A stretch of DNA of 64,000 bases from a virus (lineage: Duplodnaviria; Caudoviricetes): the IMG/VR virus record IMGVR_UViG_3300032236_000300, positions 1,214 to 65,213 of that record. One strand, written 5' to 3'. The first letter of the stretch is position 1. Every line of letters begins with the position of its first letter. The position numbers and the translations under genes are program-made. The notes beneath the pieces were generated by a model that had not been told where the DNA came from, ran no database searches, and was given only the letters and a program-made list of their open reading frames with translations. Shown here in pieces: positions 9,454 through 19,037 of this stretch.

Positions 9454-9636
9454 ATGGAAAAAGCGATGAAAGAAATGAGTGCTCCCACACACAAAATGCA
9501 TCACGAGCATGTTCAACAGCATGGTGCAGGCCACGCCCACCACAGCAAAATGTTCATGCCTCACAGCGCTGGACATATGTATGAACAAGATAAAGTTCGT
9601 GCTATGTGCGGCGGCGGAATGAGCAAGAAAAAATAA
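9454..9636 (+). CDS. Small His-rich protein
   Basis: RBS AAGGAG; HKMHHEHVQQHGAGHAHH; ends MCGGGMSKKK. Confidence 0.65.
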   Translation: MEKAMKEMSAPTHKMHHEHVQQHGAGHAHHSKMFMPHSAGHMYEQDKVRAMCGGGMSKKK

Positions 9637-9645
9637 GGAGGCCTT

Positions 9646-9864
9646 ATGGCTGACATTAAATACCCCGACTCCACTCCAGTGGATGAGCCTGTTCGCACAG
9701 GCACTAAACCTCAAGAGCCGGGCAGTGGTATTCGTGTTGAAAAAGAACCCACGCCAAAACCAACACCAGCGCCAAAGATGGTTAAAAAAGCTTCTGGCGG
9801 TTCAGCATCTAGCCGTGCTGATGGTATTGCTATCAAAGGCCACACTAAGGGTAAATACTTATGA
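9646..9864 (+). CDS. Small basic protein
   Basis: RBS AAGGAGG; ASGGSASSRADGIAIKGHTKG. Confidence 0.7.
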   Translation: MADIKYPDSTPVDEPVRTGTKPQEPGSGIRVEKEPTPKPTPAPKMVKKASGGSASSRADGIAIKGHTKGKYL

Positions 9865-10115
9865 TGGCAAGTCGGGGTATGGGAGATATCAATCCTTCCA
9901 AGATGCCAAAGGGTAAGGAAACTGCCCGAAGGGATAACACCGACTTTACTAAGTACGCTAAAGGTGGCGAGGTATGGGACAAACCAAACCCAGCCAAAAA
10001 GCATAAAAAACTATCTTCAGCCAAAAAAGCTTCAGCGAAAGCTGCAGCAAAAGCTGCCGGTAGACCTTATCCAAATCTCGTAGATAACATGAATGCAGCA
10101 AGGGGAAGCAGATAA
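9861..10115 (+). CDS. Small basic protein
   Basis: MASRGMGDINPSK...YAKGG...AGRPYPNLVDNM. Confidence 0.7.
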   Translation: MMASRGMGDINPSKMPKGKETARRDNTDFTKYAKGGEVWDKPNPAKKHKKLSSAKKASAKAAAKAAGRPYPNLVDNMNAARGSR

Positions 10116-10288
10116 TGGCTGAAAAATGGATACAAAAAGCAATCAAGAAGCCCGGGGCTCTGCGCTCCGCGCTTGGTGCGAAAGAAGGCAAGCCAATTCC
10201 AGCAAAGAAGCTGGCAGCGGCAGCAAAGAAACCCGGCAAGATGGGACAACGCGCCCGCTTAGCCGAAACCCTCAAGAAAATGAAATAA
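10115..10288 (+). CDS. Small basic protein (absent from the ORF track)
   Basis: Read manually: MAEKWIQKAIKKPGALRSALGAKEGKPIPAKKLAAAAKKPGKMGQRARLAETLKKMK; TAATG coupling. Confidence 0.75.
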   Translation: MAEKWIQKAIKKPGALRSALGAKEGKPIPAKKLAAAAKKPGKMGQRARLAETLKKMK

Positions 10289-10297
10289 GGAACCAAA

Positions 10298-10555
10298 ATG
10301 TCTGCACTTAACGTAACCCAAGCCGAAGCCGATTTGCTCGTTGCAAGTTTGAAAATGTTTGCAACTGTGCACGTCAATGCGTCTGGTGTAATGCCTGCTG
10401 ACGTAGAGGCGCTACTTGCTAAGTTGGCACCTGAGCCTGTACCCGTGGTTGAAGCTGTAGTTGAGACTCCTCCTGATGTTGTTGAACCAACTCATGAAGA
10501 AGTAGAAGCTCACTTTGCTTCTGAAGAACACGAAGAACACCACGAAGACAAATAA
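10298..10555 (+). CDS. Hypothetical protein with acidic/His-rich tail
   Basis: RBS AAGGA; fills the operon gap. Confidence 0.55.
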   Translation: MSALNVTQAEADLLVASLKMFATVHVNASGVMPADVEALLAKLAPEPVPVVEAVVETPPDVVEPTHEEVEAHFASEEHEEHHEDK

Positions 10556-11499
10556 TGGCTAATACCTCCGGCGCAACCAGCTTTAACCTTGACCTCACCG
10601 AGTTGGTCGAGGAGGCGTTTGAACGCGCTGGTGGTGAGCTACGCTCTGGCTATGACTTGCGTACTGCTCGTCGTAGCCTCAACATTATGTTTGCTGACTG
10701 GGCAAATCGCGGAGTCAATCTTTGGACTATTGAGCAGGGCACAATCCCGCTAGTCCAAGGGCAAAACACTTACCCGCTCCCAAACGACACTATTGATTTG
10801 TTGGAGCATGTCATCCGTACGGGTGCAAACGTAGCAGCAACACAGGCTGATCTGACTATCACGCGTATCAGCGTTTCTACGTACGCAACTATCCCAAATA
10901 AAATTACTCAAGCCAGACCTATTCAGGTTTGGATTCAACGCTATAACGGACAGACTTCTCCTGTTGCTTCTACCTTGACTGCAGGTATTGGGGCTACAGA
11001 CACCACAATCGCGATCAGCGATGTTACGGGTTTACCCGCAGCTGGATTTGTAAAAATTGGCACTGAGATCATTAACTACAGCTACATAGTTCAAAACACT
11101 GGCGCTAACTCAGGAACTTTGTACAACTGCTTCCGTGCGCAGCAAAACACTACAGCAGCAAGCCATAACTCAGGTGATGCCGTGTATTGGCAACAAGTGC
11201 CAGCAGTAACAGTTTGGCCTACGCCCGACAACGCTCAGCAGTACACATTTGTTTATTGGCGGCTACGCCGTACCCAAGATGCGGGTGGCGGTGTGAACAT
11301 CATGGATGTTCCTTTCCGCTTTATTCCTTGTATGGCAGCCGGTCTGTCGTACTACATTGCTGGCAAAGTGCCGACTGGAATGGAGCGTTTGCCTATGCTG
11401 AAAGCTCAGTATGACGAGGCATGGGAATTGGCTGCATACGAAGATCACGAGAAAGCTGCGTTACGTTTGGTTCCTAGACAGACTTATATCGGGAGATAG
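10555..11499 (+). CDS. Probable head-tail adaptor / tail tubular protein
   Basis: LVEEAFERAG...ARRSLNIMFADWANRG, VWPTPD and LSYYIA...LKAQYDE adaptor-like pattern. Confidence 0.6.
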   Translation: MANTSGATSFNLDLTELVEEAFERAGGELRSGYDLRTARRSLNIMFADWANRGVNLWTIEQGTIPLVQGQNTYPLPNDTIDLLEHVIRTGANVAATQADLTITRISVSTYATIPNKITQARPIQVWIQRYNGQTSPVASTLTAGIGATDTTIAISDVTGLPAAGFVKIGTEIINYSYIVQNTGANSGTLYNCFRAQQNTTAASHNSGDAVYWQQVPAVTVWPTPDNAQQYTFVYWRLRRTQDAGGGVNIMDVPFRFIPCMAAGLSYYIAGKVPTGMERLPMLKAQYDEAWELAAYEDHEKAALRLVPRQTYIGR

Positions 11500-11501
11500 C
11501 C

Positions 11502-11930
11502 GTGGGTAATCGGTTTGCCTCTGGTAAACACGCGATTGCGGAATGCGATCGTTGTGGGTTTCGATTTAAGTTGTCTGTGCTGAAGACGGAGATCATAAAG
11601 TTAAAGAAATACGACTTGTTGGTTTGTCCTCAGTGCTGGGATCCAGACCATCCGCAACTTCAATTGGGTATGTTTCCTGTGGATGATCCGCAGGCATTGC
11701 GTAACCCTCGACCAGATCGGAGTTATGTAGTATCAGGAACAAGCGGACTGCAGACAAATGTAAATGGTGGTACTACTCAAAGTGGTACTGGAACTAATGA
11801 GGGTGGTAGCAGAATCTTTCAATGGGGCTGGAATCCTGTTGGCGGATCGGAGTTTTTTGATGCAGCATTGACGCCAAACAACTTGGCTTTAGTGGTGCAA
11901 TTGGGTACAGTCACGGTAGTAACAACTTAG
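11502..11930 (+). CDS. Zn-ribbon hypothetical protein
   Basis: CDRC...CPQC pairs; GTG start. Confidence 0.65.
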   Translation: MGNRFASGKHAIAECDRCGFRFKLSVLKTEIIKLKKYDLLVCPQCWDPDHPQLQLGMFPVDDPQALRNPRPDRSYVVSGTSGLQTNVNGGTTQSGTGTNEGGSRIFQWGWNPVGGSEFFDAALTPNNLALVVQLGTVTVVTT

Positions 11931-11938
11931 GAGTTGAA

Positions 11939-12139
11939 ATGGAAAAAAGCGATTTAGCACAAGACAAGAAGCTAATTAAAAAGGCTTTTGGCATGCACGA
12001 CAAACAGTTGCATGAGAGCAAAAAAACCAATCTATCCAAGCTCAAAGGCGGTGGCATGGTTGGCGGCAAGTCAAACGAAGGCATGAAAATGATCGGTCGC
12101 AATTTGGAAAAAGCCAAAGCCAGCGGCAAAGCATATTAA
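11939..12139 (+). CDS. Small basic protein
   Basis: RBS AGGAG; LKGGG motif. Confidence 0.65.
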   Translation: MEKSDLAQDKKLIKKAFGMHDKQLHESKKTNLSKLKGGGMVGGKSNEGMKMIGRNLEKAKASGKAY

Positions 12140-12150
12140 ACGGAGGCTAC

Positions 12151-12441
12151 ATGGCTAACGAAATTAAACCTACAAAGAAGAATAGCCCTGCTATTCACCG
12201 TGGTGCTAACCGCGACAATTTGCCCGGCTCTGACTATGCAGTCCCCCACACTATGGGCGGTAAAGCATTGGAAGAAAAAGACATTGGCTTTTCTGTCGAG
12301 ATGCCACGTCGCACAAACTGGACTCCCTTAAATGGCGGAGTTTCTATTGGTGCAAATGAAAAAGTTGAGACCGAAGGTATCACCATGCGTGGTTACGGAG
12401 CTGCTATTAAAGGCATCAAGTCTAGAGGTCCGATGGCATGA
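12151..12441 (+). CDS. Small basic protein
   Basis: RBS GGAGG; ends MRGYGAAIKGIKSRGPMA. Confidence 0.65.
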   Translation: MANEIKPTKKNSPAIHRGANRDNLPGSDYAVPHTMGGKALEEKDIGFSVEMPRRTNWTPLNGGVSIGANEKVETEGITMRGYGAAIKGIKSRGPMA

Positions 12442-13145
12442 GCATGACGTACAGCGAGCTGGTAACGGCGATTGAGACGTATACCGAGAACACATTCCCT
12501 GCCACAACGCTGGCAGACGGAACAGTTGTGTCCTCAACTACGCAGATCAATCGCTTTATTGAGCAAGCTGAACAGCGCATTTTCAACACCATTCAATTCC
12601 CGTCACTGCGTAAAAATGTGACAGGAAGTATTACATCTAGTAACAAATATCTGTCTGCCCCTGATGATTTCTTGTCCGTATATTCCATAGCGGTTATAGA
12701 TTCATCAGGCGTTTACACGTACCTTTTGAACAAAGATGTAAACTTTATCCGTGAAGCGTACCCAGACCCCGCAATTGGTGGTCAGCCAAAGTATTACGCC
12801 ATCTTTGGCCCGACAGTTACGTCTTCCACAATCAGCAATGAGTTGTCATTCATTCTTGGCCCAACGCCAGACAATGTGTACAGCACAGAACTGCACTATT
12901 ACTACTACCCAGCCTCGATCACTACGACCTCTGATGGCCATTCTTGGTTGGGAGACAACTACGATACCGTTCTGTTATACGGATCACTTATGGAAGCCTA
13001 TACGTATATGAAGGGCGAAACAGATTTAATTGCTTTGTATACCCAGCGTTATAAAGAAGCACTTGCAGAAGCCAAGCGTTTGGGTGATGGTTTGGAGCGT
13101 CAGGATGCGTACCGTTCTGGTCAATATAGACAGGCGGTGACCTGA
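12438..13145 (+). CDS. Probable head-tail adaptor protein
   Basis: FIEQAEQRI, PKYYA, LGPTPD and LLYGSLMEAY motifs. Confidence 0.6.
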   Translation: MSMTYSELVTAIETYTENTFPATTLADGTVVSSTTQINRFIEQAEQRIFNTIQFPSLRKNVTGSITSSNKYLSAPDDFLSVYSIAVIDSSGVYTYLLNKDVNFIREAYPDPAIGGQPKYYAIFGPTVTSSTISNELSFILGPTPDNVYSTELHYYYYPASITTTSDGHSWLGDNYDTVLLYGSLMEAYTYMKGETDLIALYTQRYKEALAEAKRLGDGLERQDAYRSGQYRQAVT

Positions 13146-13576
13146 TGGCTTTTACGGGCAACTACTCATGCAACGCATTCAAGACGGGGCTAATGAACGG
13201 GACGTACAACTTCACAAGCGGTACGTTCAAGATCGCTCTCTACACAAACGCAGCTACCTTAGACGCAACTACAACGGCTTACACTGCCACTGGGGAAGCA
13301 TCGGGGGGAAACTATTCTGCTGGTGGACAAGTTTTAACAATTGCCCAATCCCCAACTGTGGGATCAAGTGGTGGAACCACCGCATACATTTCGTTTAACA
13401 ACGCTGCATGGACTGGCGCGATTACTGCGCGTGGGGCTTTAATCTATCTGTACAACGGTACTACAAACCCAGCGGTTTGCGTCTTGGATTTTGGAAATGA
13501 CAAGACTAGTTCTAGTACATTCACCGTACAATTCCCGGCAGTTACCAACACATCAGCAATCATAAGGATCGCGTAA
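13145..13576 (+). CDS. Tail-associated structural protein (paralog of 13785..14261)
   Basis: FKIALYT..ATLDATTTAYTATGE.SG..YSAGG. Confidence 0.6.
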   Translation: MAFTGNYSCNAFKTGLMNGTYNFTSGTFKIALYTNAATLDATTTAYTATGEASGGNYSAGGQVLTIAQSPTVGSSGGTTAYISFNNAAWTGAITARGALIYLYNGTTNPAVCVLDFGNDKTSSSTFTVQFPAVTNTSAIIRIA

Positions 13577-13773
13577 TGGCACTTGTAACCACAATCTATG
13601 GCGAAATGGATGAGTCTCTTCTTGAGAAAAAAGAAGGTACTTTTGAGGACGATAATGAGATTGCAACTTGGGTTGAGTATTGGAAAGACGCTGAGTTAGT
13701 CCACCGTTCTGCTCATGTGACTTTGAAAAAAGTGCCCAGTTTCGTGGGCGCTGAAACCGCTTCTTTAAGCTAA
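13576..13773 (+). CDS. Small hypothetical protein
   Basis: TAATG coupling; WVEYW...VHRSAHVTLK. Confidence 0.65.
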   Translation: MALVTTIYGEMDESLLEKKEGTFEDDNEIATWVEYWKDAELVHRSAHVTLKKVPSFVGAETASLS

Positions 13774-13784
13774 AAGGATTAAAA

Positions 13785-14261
13785 ATGTCAAACACCCAAA
13801 GTATGTGTACTTCTTTCTTGGGCCAGTTAATGACTGGAACCCATAACTTTGGTACAGCGCCTGTTCGTGCGTCTGGCGCATCTGACACATTCAAAGCTGC
13901 TTTGTATTTAACCAGCGGCTCTATTGATGCTTCTACTACAGCGTATTCGGCTACGGGCGAAGTATCTGGAACTGGCTATACGGCTGGTGGTGTGACCATA
14001 ACCAATGCTAATGCACCTGCGGCTACTAACTCTTCTGCTACTGCGGGGGTTGGATATTGGACGCCATCGGCCAGTATTGTTTATTCAACTGTTACGTTGT
14101 CTACAGCTTTTAATGCCATGTTGATGTATAACTCAACGCAAAGTAATGCTGCAGTAGCGGTGTTTACATTTGGCTCCCAGACCATCACGGCTGGTACGTT
14201 TACATTGACCATGCCATCTAACACAACAACAGCAGCCCTGCTTCGTATTTCTACAACATAA
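13785..14261 (+). CDS. Tail-associated structural protein (paralog of 13145..13576)
   Basis: FKAALYL...IDASTTAYSATGEVSGTGYTAGG. Confidence 0.6.
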   Translation: MSNTQSMCTSFLGQLMTGTHNFGTAPVRASGASDTFKAALYLTSGSIDASTTAYSATGEVSGTGYTAGGVTITNANAPAATNSSATAGVGYWTPSASIVYSTVTLSTAFNAMLMYNSTQSNAAVAVFTFGSQTITAGTFTLTMPSNTTTAALLRISTT

Positions 14262-14289
14262 AAGGGGGCGGCTAGACGCCGTTTAAACC

Positions 14290-15180
14290 ATGTTTGGTCT
14301 TTCCCCGTTTGCATCCGCCCCGTTTAATTCAGCGGGTACGGATGTTACTGTTGCACTTACAGGCGTAGTTGCGTCTGGTAAGGTTGGAACACTAGTCCCT
14401 AATTTAGCGGGGGATTTAGCCACAGGTTCTGTAGGAACGGTTACACCTAGCATATCTGTTGCATTAACAGGTGTTACTGCTTCTGGATTTGATGGGGTTG
14501 AGACACCCAATATATCGGTAGCGCTGTCGGGGGTAACTTCTTCCGGCGCAGTAAATTTCGTCGCGCCGACTACAGGGCTTTCAGGGGTATCGGCTTCTGG
14601 TGCCACAGGCACTGTTACTGCAATACAAAGTGTTAACGTATTTTTATCGGGCGTAGCAGCTTCTGGTAATACGGGGGCGGTAACTCCAAATATAACTGTT
14701 GCCATATCAGGTGTGGCATCTTCCGGGGCGGTTGGCTCTGTAACGCAATCTGCTTCTGCTGCACTTAACGGTGTAAATGCATCTGGTCTTGCTGGATCAA
14801 TAGCGACCTCTAGGTCTTTAGCGTTGTCTGGCACTGCTGCTAGTGGCAATATTGGTAATGTTGTAGCGACTCAGGTTTTATCTGGAAATAGCGCGTCAGG
14901 TAAGACTGGTTCTACGACGCCAAATATTACTGTTGCCCTTTCTGGAGTGACTGCTTCGGGCTTGACTGGGGCAGTGGTTGCCGTATACTGGAAATTAATT
15001 GATGACAGTCAAACAGCAAATTGGTCAACTATAAATAACCCAGAGACTGCAAATTGGGCGACGATTGACAACTCACAGACTCAATCATGGGCGGTAATAA
15101 ACAATCCACAAACACCCTCATGGTCTACAATTGACGACTCAGAGACTGCTTCTTGGAAGCTCTTTGATACAACCAGCTAA
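14290..15180 (+). CDS. Repetitive fibre-like structural protein
   Basis: About 20-aa V.L.GV.ASG..G.V repeats, then 11-aa Trp-containing repeats. Confidence 0.6.
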   Translation: MFGLSPFASAPFNSAGTDVTVALTGVVASGKVGTLVPNLAGDLATGSVGTVTPSISVALTGVTASGFDGVETPNISVALSGVTSSGAVNFVAPTTGLSGVSASGATGTVTAIQSVNVFLSGVAASGNTGAVTPNITVAISGVASSGAVGSVTQSASAALNGVNASGLAGSIATSRSLALSGTAASGNIGNVVATQVLSGNSASGKTGSTTPNITVALSGVTASGLTGAVVAVYWKLIDDSQTANWSTINNPETANWATIDNSQTQSWAVINNPQTPSWSTIDDSETASWKLFDTTS

Positions 15181-15189
15181 AGGCAACAG

Positions 15190-17520
15190 ATGGCTCTAGC
15201 CCTTAATGATCGCGTCCAGCAAACGGGAACGGCAAACACCACGGTAAGTTTTACCCTGACTGGCTCCGTCACGGGCTATCAATCCTTTGCGGTTATCGGG
15301 GATACCAATACAACTTACTACACTGCTACGGACGCAACGGGTAACTGGGAAGTCGGAATAGGAACTTACTCCACCACAGGGCCGACACTAACCCGCACAA
15401 CCATCCTGTCATCGAGCAACTCTGGCTCGGCGGTAACTTTCTCTGGCACGGTCAATGTCTGGGTAGATTACCCAGCGGAGAAGGCGGTAAGTACAGATAC
15501 GCTTGCATACCCACCTGCTATTGGAGGCACAACCCCATCGACAGGAACATTTACTACTCTAACAGCACAGACAGAAACAATTAAAGGTACTGGGCAAAAC
15601 TTTCTTTTACAAAGTCAAACATTTGATAGTGCTTCATGGCCTAAAAGCGCATCATTTGTTACAGCCGACCAAGTTGTTGCACCAGATGGAACTACAACCG
15701 CAGATTATTTTTATGCAACAAATCCTTCTGCAACTTTTCCAAGTCTTTCGCAAGCATTTACTTGTACAACAAATCAAACATATACATTTTCTTTATATGT
15801 AAGGTCTGCTGAAAGAACTACTGTTGATATTCAAGCGTATGGAAATAGTACAACTTATATAAATGAAACAAATGTAACAGGACTAACTTCTGCATGGACA
15901 AGAATTACATTAACTGTTAATTCTTCATCTTATACATCATTACAGTTAAGAGTATTATTTTCAAATTCTTCTGTTACATGGTCTGGCTCACAAGGTATTT
16001 ATATTTGGGGCGCACAGGCTGAATTAGCATCTACGGCTGGAACATATTTAGTAACAACTACAACTTCTACTTACGGAACACCATCCCTATCATTTAGTGG
16101 AGTAGCAGGACTAGGACTGCAATCAGATGGTAGTCTGTATGTAAGCCCTGCTGGTACTGGTGCGCTACAAGCACAAAAGACAGACTCTAGTTCTACGGGT
16201 GGTAATGCTAGGGGTGCTAATGCTGTTGATTGGCAGACTTTAAGAGCATCAGCAGGACAAGTATCTAGTGGCGCATATTCAACATTAAGTGGTGGTTATC
16301 AAAACACATCATCTGCGGCATATTCATCGGTTACTGGAGGTGTTGGAAATACAGCATCTGCAACTGCAAGCGCAATTAATGGCGGGTATTTCAATACAAA
16401 TAGTGGAACTTATGCTAGTGTTAATGGCGGTGCTTCTAATACTGCCGCAGGATATTACAACTTCATTGGCGCAGGGTTTACAAATAGCGGAACAAGCGGA
16501 AGTGCTGTAACCACCCAATCAGGAACAATGAACGCAACTACTGCGGTTACATTGTCAGGCAGTAACGCCAACATCAAAGTCGGTCAATACATAACAGGCA
16601 CTTCCATTGCTGGTGACACTTATGTTGCGGCTATATCTGGTACATCACTCACACTAAGTAAAAACGCTAGTGGTTCATCTACAAGCACCCTATCTTTCTA
16701 CACACCTCACGGAGTAGTAGTAGGAGGAGGAAATAACCAAGCCACGGGTTCTTATTCTTTTATCGGTGGTGGTGGAGATGCTGGTACTGCGGCTAACAGG
16801 AATGTGGCTAGCGGGGATTGGTCTACTGTTGGTGGCGGTGTTAAGAATGTAGCCTCTGGCATTGGTTCTGTTATTGCTGGCGGTGGAACTTATGGAAGTA
16901 CTATTGGAAATACCGCTTCTGGTATTGGTAGTTTTATTGGTTCTGGTTGGGGCAATCAAGCAACAAATACAGGTTCTTCAGTAGTTACTGGGGCTTATAA
17001 CCTTGCAACAGGACAATATTCTGGTGTTTTTGGCGGTCAAATTGGAACAACAAGAGCAATAAACGGGTATATTGTTTTTCCTAGTAGTAATGCTGGTGGC
17101 TCAAATATTACTGGAGGCGCACAAGGTGCAATACTTGTTTTAAGTAGACAAACAACTGATGCAACTGCTACTGTTCTTACATCAGATAGCGTTGCGGCTG
17201 GGGCTACAAACCAAATAATCTTACCTAGCAACTCTGCTTATTACTTCCGTGGAGAAATAATTGCTGGCGTTACAGGGGCTGGAAACACAGCCGCATGGAC
17301 TATTGAAGGTGCTATTAAGCGTGGTTCTGGAGTAGGCACAACCGCTATCGTAGGCACAGTAACAACTAACCGCACAGCGTATGATTCTGGTGCGTCTGGA
17401 TGGTCTATCGCAGTAACCGCAGACACAACCAACGGCGGTTTAGCAATTACAGTAACTGGGCAAGCATCAACCACAATCCGTTGGGTGGCACAAGTCCGCA
17501 CAACAGAAATGACATTCTAA
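15190..17520 (+). CDS. Tail fibre / receptor-binding protein
   Basis: 776 aa, Gly/Ser/Thr-rich; ASG.YS...GG..N beta-helix-like repeats; NFLLQSQTFD...W...IYIWGAQAE carbohydrate-binding-like module. Confidence 0.75.
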   Translation: MALALNDRVQQTGTANTTVSFTLTGSVTGYQSFAVIGDTNTTYYTATDATGNWEVGIGTYSTTGPTLTRTTILSSSNSGSAVTFSGTVNVWVDYPAEKAVSTDTLAYPPAIGGTTPSTGTFTTLTAQTETIKGTGQNFLLQSQTFDSASWPKSASFVTADQVVAPDGTTTADYFYATNPSATFPSLSQAFTCTTNQTYTFSLYVRSAERTTVDIQAYGNSTTYINETNVTGLTSAWTRITLTVNSSSYTSLQLRVLFSNSSVTWSGSQGIYIWGAQAELASTAGTYLVTTTTSTYGTPSLSFSGVAGLGLQSDGSLYVSPAGTGALQAQKTDSSSTGGNARGANAVDWQTLRASAGQVSSGAYSTLSGGYQNTSSAAYSSVTGGVGNTASATASAINGGYFNTNSGTYASVNGGASNTAAGYYNFIGAGFTNSGTSGSAVTTQSGTMNATTAVTLSGSNANIKVGQYITGTSIAGDTYVAAISGTSLTLSKNASGSSTSTLSFYTPHGVVVGGGNNQATGSYSFIGGGGDAGTAANRNVASGDWSTVGGGVKNVASGIGSVIAGGGTYGSTIGNTASGIGSFIGSGWGNQATNTGSSVVTGAYNLATGQYSGVFGGQIGTTRAINGYIVFPSSNAGGSNITGGAQGAILVLSRQTTDATATVLTSDSVAAGATNQIILPSNSAYYFRGEIIAGVTGAGNTAAWTIEGAIKRGSGVGTTAIVGTVTTNRTAYDSGASGWSIAVTADTTNGGLAITVTGQASTTIRWVAQVRTTEMTF

Positions 17521-17529
17521 GGAGTAAAT

Positions 17530-17799
17530 ATGGCTTTACAAATTAACGCAGTTAACCCTACAACAGGTCAAACTGTATATACGGCTTATGCCCGTATCAC
17601 TAACTTCTTTGGTACAAAAGACCAAATCCAAGTGCAAGTGGCTGTTCACGCATCACAAGATGCTCGACATGGTAACTTGCAGACTATCAAAGAAAACGCA
17701 CACTATATTGCTGTTGAAGACCTAAAAGGTGATTTGATACCAGCAATTTATGCTGTATTAAAGACTTATACAGATTACGCTAACGCTGTGGATTGCTAA
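17530..17799 (+). CDS. Probable tail fibre assembly chaperone
   Basis: Small gene after the fibre; AYARI...IYAVLKT..DYANAVDC. Confidence 0.5.
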   Translation: MALQINAVNPTTGQTVYTAYARITNFFGTKDQIQVQVAVHASQDARHGNLQTIKENAHYIAVEDLKGDLIPAIYAVLKTYTDYANAVDC

Positions 17800-17800
17800 T

Positions 17801-18841
17801 ATGGCTATAAATACTGACTCTGTATCGGACACGCTGACTCCGTCTACGGGGACAGTAAATATTAGTGGCTATACAAATACGCTAAACACATTTGGATTTA
17901 AGAACCGTATCATCAATGGTGCGATGGTGATTGCGCAGTATGGAACAAGTGCAGTTTCAGCAACAACTACTAATGCAAGAACTTATGTTGCTTGCGACAG
18001 ATGGGCGTATCAAACAACAGTTGCATCAAAATTTACTGTTGCATCATCTACCACAGCACCTGCTGGATTTATAAATTCTTTACTTGTTACATCTTCTACT
18101 GCTTACACTCCAGCCACAGGAGATGCTATACATATAACTCAACCCATAGAAGGGTTAAACATAACTGATTTAGGGTGGGGCGCAGTTGGTGCTTCTTCTA
18201 TTACTATTTCTTTTTGGGTTCGTTCTAGTTTGACAGGAACTTTTGGCGGCGCATTACAAAATAGTGCGTCTAGTTATTCATATCCTTTTACTTACACAAT
18301 TAATTCAGCAAATACATTTGAACAAAAAACTATAACAATTACAGGCCCTACATCAGGAACATGGTTAACAACTAATGGTGTAGGAATATTTGTAATTTTT
18401 AGTCTTGGTGTTGGGACAACTTATGCTGGTACTGCTGGTTCTTGGTCGGCAAATAACTATCAAGCGGCAACAGGACAAACAAATCTTGTGGCTACTAATG
18501 GTGCTACGCTATACATCACAGGCGTACAACTAGAAAAAGGCAGTACCGCAACATCGTTTGATTACAGACCTTATGGTACTGAGTTGGCTTTGTGTCAGAG
18601 GTATTATGAACAATCTGTACAAGCACAAAGTATGTATCAACCAAATCTTGGTGCAACTAACAGATATTTCACTATAAACTTTATGGTAATAAAAAGAGCC
18701 AATCCAACAATGACGGCTACTTTTGATCAAGGGGGAAGTGGTACATCATCAGTAACTATGTACACAGGCGCATCAAATGCTGGGCTTGGTAATTCGGTTG
18801 CTGCACAAGTATTAACTTGGACTTCATCTGCGGAGTTATAA
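17801..18841 (+). CDS. Tail fibre/spike-like protein
   Basis: [41 protein letters not shown]. Confidence 0.65.
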   Translation: MAINTDSVSDTLTPSTGTVNISGYTNTLNTFGFKNRIINGAMVIAQYGTSAVSATTTNARTYVACDRWAYQTTVASKFTVASSTTAPAGFINSLLVTSSTAYTPATGDAIHITQPIEGLNITDLGWGAVGASSITISFWVRSSLTGTFGGALQNSASSYSYPFTYTINSANTFEQKTITITGPTSGTWLTTNGVGIFVIFSLGVGTTYAGTAGSWSANNYQAATGQTNLVATNGATLYITGVQLEKGSTATSFDYRPYGTELALCQRYYEQSVQAQSMYQPNLGATNRYFTINFMVIKRANPTMTATFDQGGSGTSSVTMYTGASNAGLGNSVAAQVLTWTSSAEL

Positions 18842-18842
18842 A

Positions 18843-19016
18843 ATGTATAAAAAAATAATCAACACATTAACTAATGAAGTTTTTGAAAATCAAATTCAAC
18901 GAGCGTCTGATGGTGCCTGTATACCTTTTGACCCCGCAAATACAGATTACCAAGTCTATTTAAAGTGGCTGGAAGAAGGCAACACGCCTTTACCCGCAGA
19001 TACGCCACAGGCATAA
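18843..19016 (+). CDS. Small fibre-associated protein (absent from the ORF track)
   Basis: Read manually: [57 protein letters not shown]. Confidence 0.7.
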   Translation: MYKKIINTLTNEVFENQIQRASDGACIPFDPANTDYQVYLKWLEEGNTPLPADTPQA

Positions 19017-19037
19017 TCCCATACAAAGGAAACCACT

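Noticed and set aside
17801-19016. Diversity-generating retroelement targeting the fibre C-terminus
   Set aside because: No reverse transcriptase and no template repeat seen.
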